A stretch of DNA of 64,000 bases from contig JBEUKZ010000103.1 in NCBI GenBank assembly GCA_048128005.1, forward strand, positions 62,001-126,000, in the 5' to 3' direction. The translations under genes and the position numbers were made by a program. The stretch comes from Veleropilina oligotropha. Its lineage: Eukaryota. Below the pieces are notes generated by a model. The model had not been told where the DNA came from. It did no database searches and worked only from the letters and a program-made list of their open reading frames with translations. The first letter of the stretch is position 1; the number at the start of each line of letters is the position of its first letter. Below, one piece after another: positions 52,597 through 64,000 of the stretch.

Positions 52597-53625
52597 TGTG
52601 AAAAGATTTTTAACTTACTTTGGAACAGGATAGTGAAGAGTTGGTGGATGTTTCGACTACTCAGCTAGTAGTCTTGATCACATAATGATCTTGTTGGCTG
52701 CAGGGGGCACTCGGGTAGCAGGCTGTATCGATCCAAACATTCATTTCACCATCGAACCGAAGATCAACAACATATACCCTTTTCTCGACTTGCGCATTAA
52801 CATCCTTAACGATGGTGGTTACTGTTTACCATAAGCCCACCCATACGGACCAGTATTTAAACTTTCATTATTATCACTATTCACTGGAGCACAAACCATC
52901 TGTTGTCCACACACTATTGAGCAGAGTGGATAACTACGTCACGACGACACCAGACCGACACAAGGAATGCACTTGAGGAGTGCACGCCATGCCAATGGTT
53001 ATGCCGAATGGTCCCTAAACATCCCAAAGCCCAAACCACGTCCTCGACCATCAGACACTACCGCCTCGAACATGCCACAACACCGGCCACCTTTGATTGG
53101 TATACCATACGTACGTGCAACGTTTCTCTGAGAAACTCTCTCGGATTTACAAGTCCTATGGTATCAACACCTACCATCAACTCTCCAATAAACTAAGATT
53201 GATATTGGTACACCCAAAGGACCGCACCCCAGACAAGAAGAAATGCAGGGTCATATATCATATCAATTGCGATCAGTCCCCTGACCACTTGTACATCGGG
53301 GAAACCAAGTGTACCCTGGCATCGCCAGGCCCACTTCAAGGAACACACCAACCTCGATAAGCCTACAGGTGTGGGTGATCACTGCCAAGCAACCGGCCAC
53401 TCAGTATCACTGGACCAAATGCAAAGTCAAGGAGGCCATCTACATCTGCCAACAATGAACCGTGACCAGGGATACCAGCTGCCCACCATCTACCACAGCC
53501 TGCTACCTGAGCGCCCCCAGTAGCCAACAAGATCATTACGTGATCAAGACTACTAGTACTAGCTGAGTAGTCGAAAAGTCAACCAACACTATCCTGTTCC
53601 AAATTAAGTTAAAAATCTTTTCACA
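52597..53625 (+). mobile_element. 5'-truncated Penelope-like element with an inverted terminal repeat
   Basis: IHFTIE..IPFLDL, VYHKPTHTDQYLNF, PYV..SEKLSRI and GIY-YIG-type VIYHINC..LYIGET; 52597-52726 is the reverse complement of 53495-53625; several frameshifts. Confidence 0.9.
53540..53580 (+). ncRNA. Minimal hammerhead-ribozyme-like motif (G3-C8 variant), possibly degenerate
   Basis: GTGATCA-A-GACTAC...GTAGTC-GAAA-AGTC; the inverted copy at ~52647-52681 reads GTGATCAAGACTACTAGCTGAGTAGTCGAAACATC. Confidence 0.55.
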
Positions 53626-53832
53626 TTATTTATTTTTAACCCACATTTGAGCAGCACAACGGTGCAGCATAATGTATACAAGCATTGAGGGTATCAGTAA
53701 TTACTAAAAATACTTATTTTGAGCTATCTGACATCCCTATGAATACAGGAAAAAAGCCCTATAGATGAACATTTATTTATAATACATGCATAACTTTAGA
53801 CAAGGGGGATACTAGTCTCTTAGTATTTCTGG

Positions 53833-54018
53833 GGTTGCAGCATGGCCGAGTGGATACAGTGCTGATCTACTAACGGAAGGTTACGGGTTCAAGCCCCGGG
53901 AGTGCCAGGTTTTTTCCAATGATTGCTGTCTCCATTGCATGCAGCACCACTTCATTTCATCCTTCAAATAACTGAAATAGGGTTGGCGTTGTCGTTAAAC
54001 ATCAATTCATCATCATCA
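53833..54018 (+). mobile_element. tRNA-derived SINE
   Basis: A box TGGCCGAGTGG, B box GGTTCAAGCCC, 3' CGTTAAACATCAA and (TCA)n tail. Confidence 0.7.
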
Positions 54019-54276
54019 TATATTAATTTATACTTCAGGGTGTATACATGTATCAGTGTTATACAATTATGGAAAAATTATGTTTCATGAAAAAGAAGTC
54101 CTTGTACTTTAATATGTATGTGCATATGAGAAGCAAATGGCATCAATAATATGAATAATATTACATGTATATATTGCAAGCATGTCCAAAGGTAAATTTG
54201 ATGATATACTTTTGTGTGGAGGCATTTAAAAACACTGTCCGCTGTAATCAACATTGCATATGATGTATGTATTCAG

Positions 54277-54465
54277 GAAAAAAAAGTTTTACTGGAGAGT
54301 ATGTTTGAAGAAATCGAGATGGAATTGGCAAGGAAAAAGGAGGATGTATTAATGGAACACAATTCCGAGGTCAAGGAAGCACAAGCCGGGATTGATAACA
54401 TGTTACCAGCTATGTCGGCATACAGAGAGCTTCAAGGGCGCGAAGACATGATATCCTTCATCCTA
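54277..54465 (+). CDS. Coiled-coil exon of the TRIM-like gene (189 bp, phase 0-0)
   Basis: TATTCAG acceptor, GTAAGT donor; EKKVLLESMFEEIEMELARKKEDVL...EDMISFIL. Confidence 0.7.
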
Positions 54466-55809
54466 GTAAGTTAACAAACATTAAGATATTGGACTGGTAA
54501 TGTAAAGTACATGTACATGTGGTCAAACGCATTTTATTTACATGAGCACATGTTGCTTGAACATAAAAATGTCGTATTATTGCGATATTGATGAGTAACA
54601 ATATGTGATGACTTGAATATAACCATTGCATGTGTAAAGGAAACCATCGACAGTCTTAAGTTGTTGATTCTTTAGTTTCCATACTTACATACTCGGAAAA
54701 TCGAAACACTCAGCCATCCACCGTCGGAACTTGCAACCCCCCCTAATGCGTACACCAATGGAACTCTGCATCATTAATTATGCATGAATCTTCGACACTC
54801 CACAGCATCCATTATGCATACACATCCAGTGCACCGCAGCATTCATGTTAAAATGTGTCTTCCAAACCCTGTCATTTTCATATGCCATCAGACTATTTAT
54901 ATCTAATAGTGTTGGAGACAATGATTCTTCGGATCCACACGAAGTCGCAAGGGTAGCTACTTATAATATCGCTGCTCGTATGGCCATAGTCCGGTCACAG
55001 TGTCAATCTCTCCGTCCACCTGTTTGAATCGGTAGATAAGCTGTCATTGGTATATCACATCTCCTTATTTCAGCTCGAGTCGATAAATAAACTCTCATTC
55101 ATGCATCAACATCCCAGTCCTCTTGGTAGAGTCCGTAGATGGACTTCTCTCACTGGTCACACACCCTCGGAGGGTTTCGCAACGTCCGTGGACGGAGTTC
55201 CATTATGTACCAAAGAAATACAAAAATGAATTTTCATTGCTCCCAAATTCAAATACCTTATTTCCTTGAATAAACGCCTGCCTCAAATATATATATAGTC
55301 GCCGCCTCCGAGAGCATCGTCAAAAATATAAATGCCTATTTTGAATATACGCCTTTTCAAAATAGCATTTTTGTAAGAAGTGCGTTTCCATTTTTCGTAT
55401 TGACTGTCTAATTAAGTTTATCAATATTGCAAGGGTTTAGATGTGAATTGCATGATGTACCTACTACTAGTTCATTCAGCTCTTTTCAGATGTCTGTGGT
55501 CATTTTTGTTGACTTATTTTCATGAATAAGGGCTTTAATAATTTTCCTGAAGTGATGTCTGAAAAAAGAAATGCCTGTCTTGAATATCCGGCATCCACGA
55601 ATGATTGCCTCCAATGAGAGCCTCGTGAAAAATAGAAATGCCTGGGAATTTATTCAATAAAATATGGTAGTCACTGTACATACGTGTGATCAGAAAACAG
55701 ATAATAATTGTTGTCATTTGTTATTCCTCTGGTATGAGTAATCCAGGGCCAACCAAGAGGTACAAGTGTTTGCTTGTTATTCATTCCAATATTCTGTTTC
55801 TTTCCGTAG

Positions 55810-55832
55810 GAGTGTCAAAATATTTTACGGGG
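55810..55832 (+). CDS. 23-bp micro-exon (ECQNILRG, phase 0-2)
   Basis: TTTCTTTCCGTAG acceptor, GTAAGT donor; bridges the phases of the neighbouring exons exactly. Confidence 0.7.
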
Positions 55833-56199
55833 GTAAGTTGATAGATCTTTACACAATTATGTCATCATATTCAAGTAGTTCTGTTCACAATGTAATGCCT
55901 GTTTATAAATGTATGAGTTTCATTTTTGTGGTTGTGTGCTGTCATAGCAAGCTCTATATCTTTCCTACTACACAATTGGAAATTGGGAGAGTCCTTACTC
56001 CACTGACATTACATGTAACCAAACCAATATGTAATGGGTATATATATAACAAAACATGAATTCTAGCTGTTGGATTAATGACATATTATGGTATACATGT
56101 ACTCACAAAAGGGGGCGTATTGGGCCAATAATTATAAGATACCATCCTGATCTACAAGGCCACCAGCCATAGATTGGATCAAAGGGAATATTATACAAT

Positions 56200-56331
56200 T
56201 ATGGACTGTTGCGGTGGTGAATATGATGTGATATGAACCTAAAAACCTTATATTGACTGAGGCGATAGCCGAGGTCAATATAAGGTTTTTAGGTTCATAT
56301 CCCATCATATTTACCACCGCAAAAGTCCATA
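56200..56331. mobile_element. Palindromic non-autonomous element core (Crypton-like); element may extend to ~56817
   Basis: GATATGAACCTAAAAACCTTATATTGAC / GTCAATATAAGGTTTTTAGGTTCATATC arms; core T-GA-GGC-GATA-GCC-GA-G. Confidence 0.55.
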
Positions 56332-57146
56332 TTTGTTATATTATATATTTCAACCACAAACATATCTGTTCTCTAAATCTAATTGTCAATTAAAAGTTCC
56401 ATTATGTCAACAAGAATATACCACATTAAACTATAGTTTGCAAAGTTCAAAATGCGATTTTCCAAAACAATTGGCAATTATTTAACAATAAAATAGTAAT
56501 GAACTGCATATTAATATAAAAATAAACAATATATCGCAGTATGTCAGTGTGTTTAATCATCAGAAAATGAAGCAAAACAACTGTCGTTTCAAATGTGTCA
56601 ACAATTGTGGTCGTCTGCAACTGACATCAGCTCGAGTGGCATGCGCAATTCGATGGAAATCGACATATAAAGGGGCGTTCCGTAAACCATATTTGGAAAG
56701 TTCATATTCACCAGTTTCTTTCATATTGACCAAAAAACTGGTCAAAATATTTATGGACTAGTCACGTGTATCGGATCCGACCAATGAGAGTGCGTTTATT
56801 TATAAAGTATATAATAATAGACAATATTTGACCTTACTGCTGTTGTTAACTCCTCAACACATCCGCATTGAGCACTGGAAACCAACATCAGAATCAGGAT
56901 GGGGGAAGGGGATTGAGAGCACTACCCTAACACATGGGGAGGGGCATCGTTGCATGAACAATATGGTTAAGACCAAGTGCCTGATTTCTGGTCAATCGGA
57001 ATTTCATTAATAATGTAATATGTCCGTAATGGTGTAGAAATCGGGCATTACGTCCCCCTGGGAACTCAATGCAATTTACCAGAGACACAAAAAGCAAATA
57101 CTGAACAATGCTGATAGAAAAGCTATGATATCGTTGTGTTTTGTAG

Positions 57147-57268
57147 ATCACCATTGAAAGATGAGTTCAATGAGGTTCACGAGATGTTCGACAGGATTAA
57201 TAGCATGACATTGAGCAACCAACCCATTCTCACAGAAATACGGACCCTCGAAGATGATGGTGTTCTGG
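57147..57268 (+). CDS. Exon of the TRIM-like gene (122 bp, phase 2-1)
   Basis: TGTTTTGTAG acceptor, GTATGG donor; SPLKDEFNEVHEMFDRINSMTLSNQPILTEIRTLEDDGVL. Confidence 0.65.
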
Positions 57269-57625
57269 GTATGGTTGTGCTCATTTTCTTCATATCTGAG
57301 ATGTTTAAACTCGTCAATAAATACCTTATTTACTATATTCATCATCATCCAGATTTTGACTATTGCCTTTATGCATGTAAAACCTGCTGGGATCCCAGTG
57401 AAAAAAATATTATTTACTGCAAATGAAATGAAGACGTCATCAATTATATACTGTACTTCTACAAATCTTGGACATATTGATGCGGAATTGCTATGAAACA
57501 ATCAGAATCAGTCCATACTTACAGCCTTTTGAAATAAATGTTTTCATGACAATAGACATCCACTTTCGACATGCGCCTCAACCAGTCGGATGGACGTATC
57601 ACTCGTGCCCTGCTTATACTATGTA

Positions 57626-59040
57626 CGTGACATGATTAGCCAGCCAGATCCACCTAGCACTCGTACCCTGCCTTTATCACGTGACATGATCATCCAGTTG
57701 GATCGAACTAGCTAGCACTCGTACCATGCTTTTACCACATGACATGATCAACCAGCCAGATCCACCTAGCACTCGTACCCTGCCTATACCACGTGACATG
57801 ATCAACCAGCCAGATCCACCTAGCGCTCGTACCCTGCCTATACCATGTGACATGATCAACCAGCCAGATCCACCTAGGGCTCTTACCCTGCCTATACCAC
57901 GTGACATGATCAACCAGCCAGATCCACCTAGCACTCGTACCCTGCCTATACCATGTGACATGATCAACCAGCCAGATCCACCTAGCGCTCGTACCCTGCC
58001 TATACCACATGACATGATCAACCAGCCAGATCCACGTAGCACTCGTACCCTGCCTATACCACGTGACATGATCAACCAGCCAGATCCACCTAGCGCTCGT
58101 ACCCTGCCTATACCACGTGACATGATCAACCAGCCAGATCCACCTAGCACTCGTACCCTGCCTATACCATGTGACATGATCAACCAGCCAGATCCACCTA
58201 GGGCTCTTACCCTGCCTATACCACGTGACATGATCAACCAGCCAGATCCACCTAGCACTCGTACCCTGCCTATACCATGTGACATGATCAACCAGCCAGA
58301 TCCACCTAGGGCTCTTACCCTGCCTATACCACATGACATGATCAACCAGCCAGATCCACGTAGCACTCGTACCCTGCCTATACCACATGACATGATCAAC
58401 CAGCCAGATCCACCTAGCGCTCGTACCCTGCCTATACCACGTGACATGATCAACCAGCCAGATCCACCTAGCACTCGTACCCTGCCTATACCATGTGACA
58501 TGATCAACCAGCCAGATCCACCTAACACTCGTACCCTGCCTATACCATGTGACATGATCAACCAGCCAGATCCACCTAGGGCTCTTACCCTGCCTATACC
58601 ACGTGACATGATCAACCAGCCAGATCCACCTAGCACTCGTACCCTGCCTATACCATGTGACATGATCAACCAGCCAGATCCACCTAGGGCTCTTACCCTG
58701 CCTATACCACGTGACATGATCAACCAGCCAGATCCACGTAGCACTCGTACCCTGCCAGCCTATACCACGTGACATGATCAACCAGCCAGATCCACCTAGC
58801 ACTCGTACCCTGCCTATACCATGTGACATGATCAACCAGCCAGATCCACCTAGCACTCGTACCCTGCCTATATCACGTGACATGATCAACCAGCCAGATC
58901 CACCTAGCACTCGTACCCTGCCTATACCACGTGACATGATCAACCAGCCAGATCCACCTAACGCTCGTACCCTGCCTATGCCACGTGACACTTGCACAAA
59001 TAGTTTGAACCACATAACATGATCAGCCAGCTCGTACCCT
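57626..59040. repeat. 54-bp minisatellite, roughly two dozen copies
   Basis: Unit GACATGATCAACCAGCCAGATCCACCTAGCACTCGTACCCTGCCTATACCACGT. Confidence 0.97.
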
Positions 59041-59342
59041 TCCAATGCATGTCAGTGAAAACATACGGTTAAATAGTAGCGATTTATAGAAAACATGGTT
59101 TATTCATGTGAAAATGGTAAACTATGCATGCATTCTTGCATCCCGGATCCATCTGCTCTGCTATTACGGTGTCTATCCGGTACTTACATTTGGACATGGC
59201 ATTAAAAAACTATTTCAAGTAATAAATACTTTGATCAAGGGAATGGACTGAACATTTTTATTAAATTAATTCCTTGGCTTGTGTAACAAATCTAGTACCT
59301 TTCATGTCTGAGGTAACATTAGTTGTTCAACTTTTCATCCAG

Positions 59343-59563
59343 GAAATAAACGTGAAGAGCAGAACTGGACAGAATCTGAATCAAACTATGGTCACCAGAA
59401 TAGACAGGCTCAGGAATGCGAACCAAGGTCATACAACAATTGCCCGAGTTATCGTGAGCCAGGGGGAGGTAATGATTATAACCAATCATACATGTACAGA
59501 GCCAATTCAACAGAGAGGCATTTTGACCACTTAGTACATAACATATACCCTTTTGATCTACAG
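59343..59563 (+). CDS. Polar low-complexity exon, copy 1 (phase-1 start; donor uncertain)
   Basis: CTTTTCATCCAG acceptor; NKREEQNWTESESNYGHQNRQAQECEPRSYNN...; phase matches the 57268 donor. Confidence 0.5.
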
Positions 59564-60457
59564 GTGTATGTTGTTAAGTTTCTCAATCATGCTCTATATG
59601 CAACAATATGCTTTTTAACCCTTGCTCATTATGACGAGTACATGGTGGGCCAAGGATATAGCAATAATGGGGCAGTTTGTAAATATGTATGTCTGCGGCT
59701 GTTTTTGGTATCTACTTGTCCGATTTTCTTCAAATTTAAACACAAAATTAGTATGCCACTGATGTCCGATTTTCTTCAAATTTATACAAAAAATTAGAAT
59801 GCCACTAATATAAAACATTATCCCAATCAGGATTTTTTATGTCATTTTCAGTTTTTGTAGGAATATAAAGGCATAGACATTTCAGGCTTTCATCATCTCA
59901 AATCTTATCATATTCAGGACGAGGGGGTTTGCAATCTCAGATTGTCTTCTTCAGCATTGCCATTTGTTAGGTGTGACTATTTCAGTGTTATCTCTCCCTA
60001 TCATAGTTATATTGAAGGTTATTTAATTCAAATTTTACCATGAAACTTTATTTAGGACAATTTTGATTAAAGTTTCTCAATCATGCTATAATTTAATGCA
60101 ACCATGCACACGGTTTATCATTGCCATTTGTTTGATATGAGTATTTCATTGCAATCTGACCATACATTAGTGATATTGAAACTGAAAGTAAGTTAATTGA
60201 GACACTATGTCTGTTTATACCGTGTAACCGCACATAATTATACAATGATGTCTGCAGATTTTATTAAAGTCTTTATCTGATGGTTTACCTCCATTTAATT
60301 ATTGAATGAATATCGGTATATCCAATTGTGTCCGATGGATAATTAACATACACTCAGGTTTTTAAAACATACCAATCTTGGAAAAAATAATTTTACTTGA
60401 CATGTTTTATAATGATCTGCTTATATTGCCTTTTCAAGCTTTTGTTTTTGTCTTAAG

Positions 60458-60633
60458 CATCGATCGAATCAAACTTTGGTCACTGCTACAGACAGGATCA
60501 AGAACACGAATCAAGGTCATACAATGATCGCACACAATATCGTGACTCGAGGGGAATTAATGATTATAACCAACACTACAGAACCAATTCAAAGGAGAGG
60601 CATTACGACAACAGAGGAAGTCATTATCGAAAT
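60458..60633 (+). CDS. Polar low-complexity exon, copy 2 (paralogous to copy 1)
   Basis: TTTTGTCTTAAG acceptor, GTAAGT donor; ESNFGHCYRQDQEHESRSYNDRTQYRDSRGINDYNQHYRTNSKERHYDN. Confidence 0.5.
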
Positions 60634-60869
60634 GTAAGTTTTTGTGTTCTTTTAATGCACAGGTATGTTTTTCTTTAGACAATTAATGAAAGCTGATCCA
60701 TGTTCAACTTATATTAATGCTTAATGTTCCCTTTTAATGCACTTAAGGTTCATGCCAGAACATATATAGTATATATCGATACTCACTGGTCAGTTATGGA
60801 CAACTGTGAACAACGTTCCCAGCCGAGGATTCCAACCCACTCGTGTTAATCAGAGCAGTCAGGCAAGTG

Positions 60870-62460
60870 GGGCGCGCTCTCAGCCATGACACCACCGCCG
60901 GGGGGCACGCTCTTAGCCATGACACCACCGCCGGGGGGCACGCTCTTAGCCATGATACCACCGCTATATGGGGGGCACGCGCTCAGCCATGACACCACCG
61001 CCGGGGGGCACGCGCTCAGCCATGACACCACTGCCGGGGGGCACGCTCTCAGCCATGACACCACTGCCGGGGGGCACGCGCTCAGCCATGACACCACCGC
61101 TATATGGGGGGCACGCGCTCAGCCATGACACCACCGCCGGGGGGCACGCGCTCAGCCATGACACCACTGCCGGGGGGCACGCGCTCAGCCATGACACCAC
61201 CGCTGGGGGGGCACGCACTCAGCCATGACACCACCGCCGGGGGGCACGCTCTCAGCCATGACACTACCGCCGGGGGGCACTCTCTCAGCCATGACACCAC
61301 TGCCGGGGGGCACGCGCTCAGCCATGACACCACCGCTGGGGGGGGCACGCACTCAGCCATGACACCACCGCCGGGGGGCACGCGCTCAGCCATGACACCA
61401 CCGCCGGGGGGCACGCGCTCAGCCATGACACCACCGCCGGGGGGCACGCGCTCAGCCATGACACCACCGCCGGGGGGCACGCTCTCAGCCATGACACCAC
61501 CGCCGGGGGGCACGCGCTCAGCCATGACACCACCGCCGGGGGGCACGCTCTCAGCCATGACACCACCGCCGGGGGGCACGCGCTCAGCCATGACACCACC
61601 GCCGGGGGGCACTCGCTCAGCCATGACACCACTGCCGGGGGGCACGCTCTCAGCCATGACACCACTGCCGGGGGGCACGCGCTCAGCCATGACACCACCG
61701 CCGGGGGGCACTCGCTCAGCCATGACACCACTGCCGGGGGGCACGCGCTCAGCCATGACACCACCGCCGGGGGGCACGCTCTTAGCCATGACACCACCGC
61801 CGGGGGGCACGCGCTCAGCCATGACACCACCGCCGGGGGGCACGCTCTCAGCCATGACACCACCGCCGGGGGGCACGCTCTCAGCCATGACACCACCGCC
61901 GGGGGGCACGCGCTCAGCCATGACACCACCGCCGGGGGGCACGCGCTCAGCCATGACACCACCGCCGGGGGGCATGCGCTCAGCCATGACACCACCGCCG
62001 GGGGGCACGCGCTCAGCTATGACACCACCGCCGGGGGGCATGCGCTCAGCCATGACACCACCGCCGGGGGGCATGCGCTCAGCCATGACACCACCGCCGG
62101 GGGGCACGCGCTCAGCCATGACACCACCGCCGGGGGCACGTGCTCAGCCATGACACCACCGCCGGGGGGCACGCGCTCAGCCATGACACCACCGCCGGGG
62201 GGCACGCGCTCAGCCATGACACCACCGCCGGGGGGCACGCGCTCAGCCATGACACCACCGCCGGGGGCACGTGCTCAGCCATGACACCACCGCCGGGGGG
62301 CACGCGCTCAGCCATGACACCACCGCCGGGGGCACGTGCTCAGCCATGACACCACCGCCGGGGGGCACGCGCTCAGCCATGACACCACCGCCGGGGGGCA
62401 CGCGCTCAGCCATGACACCACCGCCGGGGGGCACGCTCTTAGCCATGACACCACCGCTAT
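60870..62460. repeat. 33-bp GC-rich minisatellite, nearly fifty copies
   Basis: Unit GCTCAGCCATGACACCACCGCCGGGGGGCACGC. Confidence 0.97.
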
Positions 62461-63269
62461 GACCTGTGTAGGCAGGTAACTATATGAAATCGTTTTGGAT
62501 ATGAAATCTACAGTCGGACAGAATATTATATTAAATCTTTTTGGATTTAAAATCTACAGCCATAAAGATTTTTATGTCTGGTTTTGGCTCCCCTTGAAGT
62601 GTTTTTATTGGTCCCTGGCATATAAATGATGTTATCTTTGTAATCTGAACCTTTTAAGTAATAGATTACACACTGCGACACGAGCGCTTTATACACGCCA
62701 AAAAATAGCGAGGCTTGTTATGTCATTATGTATATCGCCGAGGGGTGTCAGTGTATTGTATGTCATACACACCATGAAAATCTATTGTGAATTTCAAGCT
62801 GTAACCCCTTAAAACATGAAATTTCCCACAATTTTGCCTTCTACTCTTCCATTAGAAATTTGTCAAATCATTTGTGGCCATCGAACCGAGTTAACATTCC
62901 GAGTTAACCCATTGTTTTGGTTGTTAACTGGAACAATGGAGTAATTGACTCGACGAAACCTGTTGTTCAAATATCGAGCTCGTGGTGTGTATGAAAAGTG
63001 AATTGTTACCATAACAACAACGTCATTACTTTTAGATTCCACATCGTATTATAGTTGTATTGAATATATTTATAGACTGTTGAAGATGATGTTTCTTTTT
63101 CCAAATCTCTGTCTTACCTACTGCGTCATGGAGCAGCAAAGCAGAAATTTGAATTATTAAAAGGTAACACATTTAAGGGAAGTCAATGGTAAAAATCTAA
63201 TTATTCCTTGCAACTAAAGCTGGACTAGGCATAAAACAATTGGAATGTTGATTCATCAGTCATTAACAC

Positions 63270-63395
63270 TTGCCATCAACCTGCCAACAATTTATTGGTA
63301 TATATATCCCAGGGACCGACCCCATTTGAGAAGAAATGTGGGGTCATCTATCAAATCCATTGCGACCTGTTCCCAGATTACATCTACAATGAAGG
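63270..63395 (+). pseudogene. Second Penelope GIY-YIG fragment
   Basis: PRDR..KKCGVIYQIHCDLFPDYIY parallels PKDR..KKCRVIYHINCDQSPDHLY at ~53215-53300. Confidence 0.7.
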
Positions 63396-63764
63396 GGGCT
63401 GCATGTCCGAATGGCTACGATGCTGCATGGTCTACTAACGGGATCGCTGCCTCCATTGCACACAGCACCACTTTATTGGCTCGCATGCAAAACATATGCG
63501 AGTCTGTATAATGAGCATGTCGTCCATCCATTCTTCCGTCCAGCCGACCGGCGTCAACAATTGGTTCTCAGGTTAAAGTTTTTGGTTAAAGTTTCTCAAT
63601 CATGCTATATAAGCAACAATATGCATGTTTTAACATTTCTTTATGTTAGATATCACTATTTAATCGTTACATCATAGTAAATAAATAATATTGAAGGTTA
63701 TTTGAAATTTTCCTTCAAATTTCACCATAAAATACTGTTTTGGGACACGACAGTTGATGTGTAC

Positions 63765-64000
63765 ATGCATCTTAACTCAAAGGTGTGTCGCGTACCAAAA
63801 ATAGGTCACCACGACCTACTATTCACCCTTACCTGCATTTGGTCCAAAATTCCTTTCCACTCCATATCTCTCATGATATTTGACCTAGGGTCACGAAACT
63901 TGATGTGGATGCGTCATAACCCAAAGGTGTGTCGTATACCAAAATTAGGTCCAGTTACTTTCCACGCTTGACCGCATTCGGTCCAAAATTCCCTTCCGCT
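63765..64000. repeat. Diverged ~145-bp tandem units running off the window edge
   Basis: CAAAGGTGTGTCG..TACCAAAA.TAGGTC and GGTCCAAAATTCC.TTCC each occur twice. Confidence 0.65.

Noticed and set aside
53833..53908. Functional tRNA gene
   Set aside because: A and B boxes are present but the acceptor and anticodon stems pair poorly, and a SINE-like tail follows.
57677..59045. Long ORFs of 348-437 aa on both strands
   Set aside because: Produced by a 54-bp stop-free repeat unit; the region fits as an intron.
60846..62462. Pro/Gly-rich ORFs (MTPPPGGTRSA)n
   Set aside because: The 33-bp unit is open in several frames on both strands and has frequent 1-bp indels; no coding signal.

Overview
AT-rich, transposon-dense eukaryotic DNA, most likely from an invertebrate animal; no prokaryotic operons, rRNA or CRISPR arrays were seen. 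The main feature is a ~15-kb element (4850-19809) that is one near-perfect palindrome. It has Polinton/Maverick hallmarks: AGTAGT...ACTACT ends, flanking TATATA hexamers, protein-primed PolB C-terminal ORFs and an integrase remnant. Its centre is structured rather than a random fold-back point: AT-rich tandem arrays, G/C tracts and a two-eared T-shaped hairpin resembling a parvovirus/AAV terminus. Next come a decayed Academ-type transposase and a nest of insertions: a CR1-like LINE split by an L2-like LINE whose (TAA)n tail holds an 18-kb stack of Helentron-associated (HINE-like) elements. The last 14 kb contain phase-compatible exons of a B-box/coiled-coil (TRIM-like) gene including a 23-bp micro-exon, a Penelope element with a variant hammerhead motif, SINEs, palindromic elements with a shared GA/GA core, and two minisatellites. 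All family assignments come from motifs recognised by eye, not from database searches, and many boundaries are approximate.
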